From Marsupella aquatica (lineage: Eukaryota > Plantae > Marchantiophyta): a stretch of 64,000 bases of DNA. The position numbers and the translations under genes are program-made. The notes beneath the pieces are model-generated. The model searched no databases, had not been told where the DNA came from, and saw nothing but the letters and a program-made list of their open reading frames with translations. Location of the stretch: contig OZ316898.1 of the NCBI GenBank assembly GCA_973895155.1, positions 15,654,330 through 15,718,329 on the forward strand, written 5' to 3'. Within the stretch, counting starts at the first letter, position 1. Each line of letters opens with the position of its first letter. Below are positions 60,015-64,000 of this stretch, one piece after another.

Positions 60015-62628
60015 CCCTCATTCTCCAAGCACGGGTGATTTTGAGACACCAGACCCGCTCCTCAGGAGTCTTTATGCAAGGAGTCACCATTTAGGTGCGA
60101 CGTTATCACCCCACTCCGGGAGATATGAACCTGCTTCCTCAAAGTGACTTCCCGTAGCGTCGTTCAACATCCCTTGCATGATTCCTCCCCCTTGCTATCC
60201 CGTAGCTAATACTTCCCTTCAGTGACCAGCCGAGATTCTAAAACCTCGTTTTCTCTGGTGCGTCCTTCAGGTTGAGACGCGGAAAGGCACACCAGAAGCG
60301 TCGCGCACGTTGGTTCGTCACAGATTCCACCGGACGCTGCTCATAGCGTCCACTGGGATCGGACGCTACTCGAAGCGTCCTGACTTGCGGAATCTTCTGG
60401 GACGAATCGCATTGGACGCTCTTCGCGGCGTCCTTCCTTATCTCCTTTACGGTGGCGATTACTGGAACCGGGCGTTCCCCATAATCTCCGACTTCCTTCA
60501 CCCTGAAATTTCTTTACCACATGGTACGCTACACTAGGCCATCCTACTAATCAGACGTCTAACTCCTTCCTAATCTTCTACGCAATTCCTGGTGCATGAT
60601 TCTTTCCGCTAACTCCCGAATGGAAATGACTAAATATCTCTCCTGTGTGATCCTACCATTCAGCCTTAATATTACTAAATGCAAACTTTCATCTTCCCAC
60701 CAGGTGATAGTTAACCAATGTATGCCATTCCTCCCTCTCAGGCTCAGAACCCAAGAATTAACATAACGATTCCTCAAATTCCTAATTCTTAATGTTCCCA
60801 AAGATCGGATAGGTGGCATCGGTCACACGAACCAGGATGGTTGGACAATTTTACAAATCATACGTCCCGAGCAACGTTAGAATAACTTCACTTGTCACTC
60901 AAAGTGTCTTTGGTGTCTTCGACTATCTCCAAAGCAACTTGACGAGCAACAGCTCCTCTCTGTGAGGCCTTTTCTGGTGGGAGGGCGGTTTCTTCTCTTA
61001 AGTTTGGCACCACAAATTTTTCCAATACTCTTAAGAGAGCTTCCGGGGCGCTTTGGATAGAGTACGGCATCACCTCGAAATGGAAGCTCTTCATCTTTTT
61101 AACTGGAGTGATGACGCATCTTCACAATTATAGTAGAACGTGAATTCCTCTCCCGTCTAGCTCCTTCTGGCATACACTGCCTGTACGTCAATTCAATCTT
61201 AAATTCGTTCCCCGGCAGCGGCGCCAAAAAGATGTCGTATAGTGCTAAGTATCAAAAGTGACTCTTCTCACCTAAAACCAGGGTTTCGATCCCTTTAAGA
61301 ACAGATTTCAGAATGAATTGTATAATTTTTATCACTCCGAGTGATTTAGAGTCTTGAGCTCTATGTTGACTTCACTTCTCAATAAAAAAAATCGAATAAA
61401 CAAACAACAAAGTAACTGAACTTCTGATTTATGAATTAGAGAAGAAATGAGTAAGGATTTAGAGACTACAAGCTGCTACTGCCACTCCTTCAGAAAGGAT
61501 TTGGGCTCAGTATAGACATGAAATCTATCTCATAATTCATCCATCTCACTCTTCAAAACACAAAGGTTAATGATAATGGAATTCTCAATCTGATGAAGCA
61601 GAAGCTTTCTGATTGCAAATGAATGATATGATTTAAAATGCCGTCAACATGGTTTGACATCAGCGATACACAATTCAGTCAAACTCTAAACCATATTCCA
61701 GAATCAAAGCAACAGTACTAACTACTCTGAGAATCAGAATTTACTTCTCATTTATCATTAACTATTCTTGAATTGGCTAGCGAATCCCGACTCTGCAAGC
61801 AAGCCTAGCAGTGAATTCAATACGAGTTTCAGAAATCTGCAACTGAATTCAATCACCACAGGAATCTCTTGAATTCAATCTTAACTTCAATCAATATAGC
61901 TTTACTTCCATACAAAACACTCACAGCATGCCTTGTTACAATGGAAGGAGGAGAAAACTATTCAGAAGACTCAATTCTGAATACAGTATTAACTCTATTT
62001 CTCTCTACTTCAAATGAGCATTCTACTCTGTCTTATAAGTGCTGGAATCCTAAAATGGAGGAGGTAAGAACAGTCGTGCCTTTCCAAGCTTAAAACTAAA
62101 CAAGGGAGAAGCACAGCATAAGTACTTCAACAAGGGTGGTAGAATACTACTTTACTAGTAATCTACTTCAAAAACTAAGTGTTGAGCGGACGCTGCTAGA
62201 AGCGTCGGGAGAATCTGGACGCTGCTAGAAGCGTCTTAAGTAAAACCAACGGACGCTGCTCACACTGCTCACAGCGTCAATACTAGGGTGGACGCTGCTC
62301 ACAGCGTCGTGTGTTGAAGCTGACGCTTTCCACAGCGTCGGTCGAAATCCTCATAGAGTCTTGGTGGCGGTCGGGCGCTGCCAAAAGCGTCATGAGGAGG
62401 TTGGACGCTTCCGCAGCGTCTTGAGTAAAAGAAACGGGCGCTGGTCACAGCGTCGGGCAAAGTACACTAGGAATCGTCAGGAAAGCCGGAGATGTCAAAT
62501 ATTTCTATAAGTGTCCAGAACAAGTAAATGTTGGCCGGAAGGTGTCTAAAGTGTAAGTAAATCTTGTGATATGCTAAAAATAAACAAGTTTCCAGAAAAA
62601 ATTGCAGGGACACCCATACCACAAAAAC

Positions 62629-64000
62629 AGCAGCAAACAATTTATCATCCCAATCAAGTTTGTTCTGAGCTACTGTCTTGTTCAATATCTTTCCTATAAT
62701 TCCGTTTGCTCGTTCTGTCAACCCGTTTGCCTTTGGATGGTAGGGAGTAGTAGGCCTATGTTTAACTAAATACTGCTCATTTAAACGACTAATTATATCA
62801 TTCAAAAAATGGGTTCCTCTATCACTAACTAATTCTAGGGGTGCTCCATACCTGGTGAAGATCTGCTCATACATGAATCTAGCCGTAGTAATTGCATCAT
62901 CCTTCGTTGTTGGTCTGGCCTCTACCCATTTAGTTGCATAATCCGTAGCCAGGATTATGTACTTGTTCCGTCGAGGGTGGGTCAGTGGTTTCAGAGGTCC
63001 AATGTAATCAATACCCCACTTCTCGAATGGTGCCAGAGGTAGAATAGGGTGCAGTGGATGCCTGGTGGACGCCCTTGGTCCTCCCGCTCGTTGACAAGGA
63101 TCGCATTGTTTGATAAACTGATAGACATCTTTGTGCAAGGTGGGCCACCAGTAACCGGCATTTAATATCTTCTTAGACGTGGTTACTGGGGCAAAATGTC
63201 CTCCGGCCTCCTCTCCATGCATGGCCCGTAGGACTCGTTTTACCTCTCTCTTTTCCAAACATCTTTGAATCGTGCCGTTGATTCCATGCTTGTGCAGTAT
63301 GCCTTTAATGCACTGATACTGTCTGACCTTCCGCACAAAGACTGCGGCTTGCTCTCGGCTTAATCCTGGCTTTAATCTGGAAGTGCTGAGAAATTGTAAA
63401 ATCTCAGGGTACCATGTACCAGCTATTTCCACAACGAATAGCTCCTCGTCGGGGAATCGATCATCGATGCAATCCGTGGCAGGTTTACCTGTGATCCTTG
63501 AAAAGAAGTCGGCATTGGCATGTAACTTTCCCGGCTTGATCCTCAGCTCATAGTCAAACTCCTGTAATAGCAAAATCCATCTTGCTACTCTGCCTGTAAG
63601 GTCCGGCTTATTGACTAGGTACTTCAAACTTTCATGATCAATATGAAAGATTACCTTGTACCCTAGTAAATAATGCCTAAACTTTGTACAAGAATAAATG
63701 ACTCCTAATGCTTCTCTTTCCGTGGTAGAGTAGTTCCGTTCGGCATCGGCAAGCTGACGGCTTGCGAAGTATATGGGATGGTCCCTTCCTTTCTCATCCA
63801 ACTGACTTAGTACTGAGCCAATACAGAAGCCCGAGACATCTACAAAAACATGAAAATCTTTGTTCCAGTCCGGTGCTATCATGACTGGGGCCTCTACTAA
63901 CATCTGCTTCAATTCTACCACCGCTGTGACTCGTTCGGGTGTGGGTTCGAAGTCTGCTCCTGCCTTGAGCATATTGGTTAATGGTAAAGCTAGCTTGGCA
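62629..64000 (-). pseudogene. Gypsy-A RNase H and integrase, interrupted by Gypsy-B
   Basis: FHVFVDVS; NYSTTERE; ARWILLLQEFD; GGHF; YWWPTL; CDPCQ; WGIDYIGP; SDRGTHF. Confidence 0.95.

Larger units (their letters stand above)
49075..62623 (-). mobile_element. Gypsy-B: full-length, very recent non-chromovirus Gypsy with Athila-type PBS
   Basis: 1391-bp LTRs at 49075-50465 and 61233-62623, near-identical. TSD aaaac. PBS TGGCGCCGCTGCCGGGGA (61209-61226, tRNA-Asp-type). PPT at 50466-50480. Confidence 0.97.
43893..64000 (-). mobile_element. Gypsy-A retrotransposon (5' part outside the window), interrupted in its integrase by Gypsy-B
   Basis: RNase H/integrase at 62629-64000 continues in register at 49074-48550 (KLFAAVF|AYNLAYKSTTGHTPF). 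Confidence 0.9.

Noticed and set aside
62467-62623. Hydrophobic C-terminus of the 501-aa ORF
   Set aside because: Read-through into the inserted Gypsy-B LTR; the real integrase continues at 49074.

Overview
Eukaryotic DNA with GT-AG introns and plant-type genes and TEs, so a land plant, probably non-seed (inference). The first ~7 kb holds two convergent host genes: a LYR-motif (MZM1/LYRM7-like) gene and an intronless group-III CDPK. Directly downstream of the CDPK lies a decayed, intron-containing remnant of a CDPK 3' end. From 10380 to the window end is one nest of transposons, most junctions resolved by target-site duplications (TSDs). CACTA-1 (10380->38068) contains a MITE, a 2.6-kb solo LTR, a Mutator-like element (16247-34242, holding a MITE that holds a Bianca-type Copia) and CACTA-2 (from 38069). 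CACTA-2 contains Gypsy-A (from 43893), which contains a very young full-length Gypsy-B (49075-62623). Main observations: (1) the Mutator-like element carries a ParB-like + beta-class N4C/N6A-methyltransferase-like gene, plus ~19 copies of a 15-bp palindrome TAGCGCCWGGCGCTA mostly in its introns and non-coding DNA; (2) both CACTA copies carry a SET-domain exon between the first and second transposase exons, with splice phases allowing alternative products; (3) Gypsy-A appears to have a 4.7-kb LTR containing a ~1200-codon ORF; (4) Gypsy-B has a TGA-CAA-TTA readthrough signal between protease and RT, an extra PMD-like ORF, a second protease-like ORF and its own palindrome arrays. All domain calls are by eye from motifs; no searches were run.
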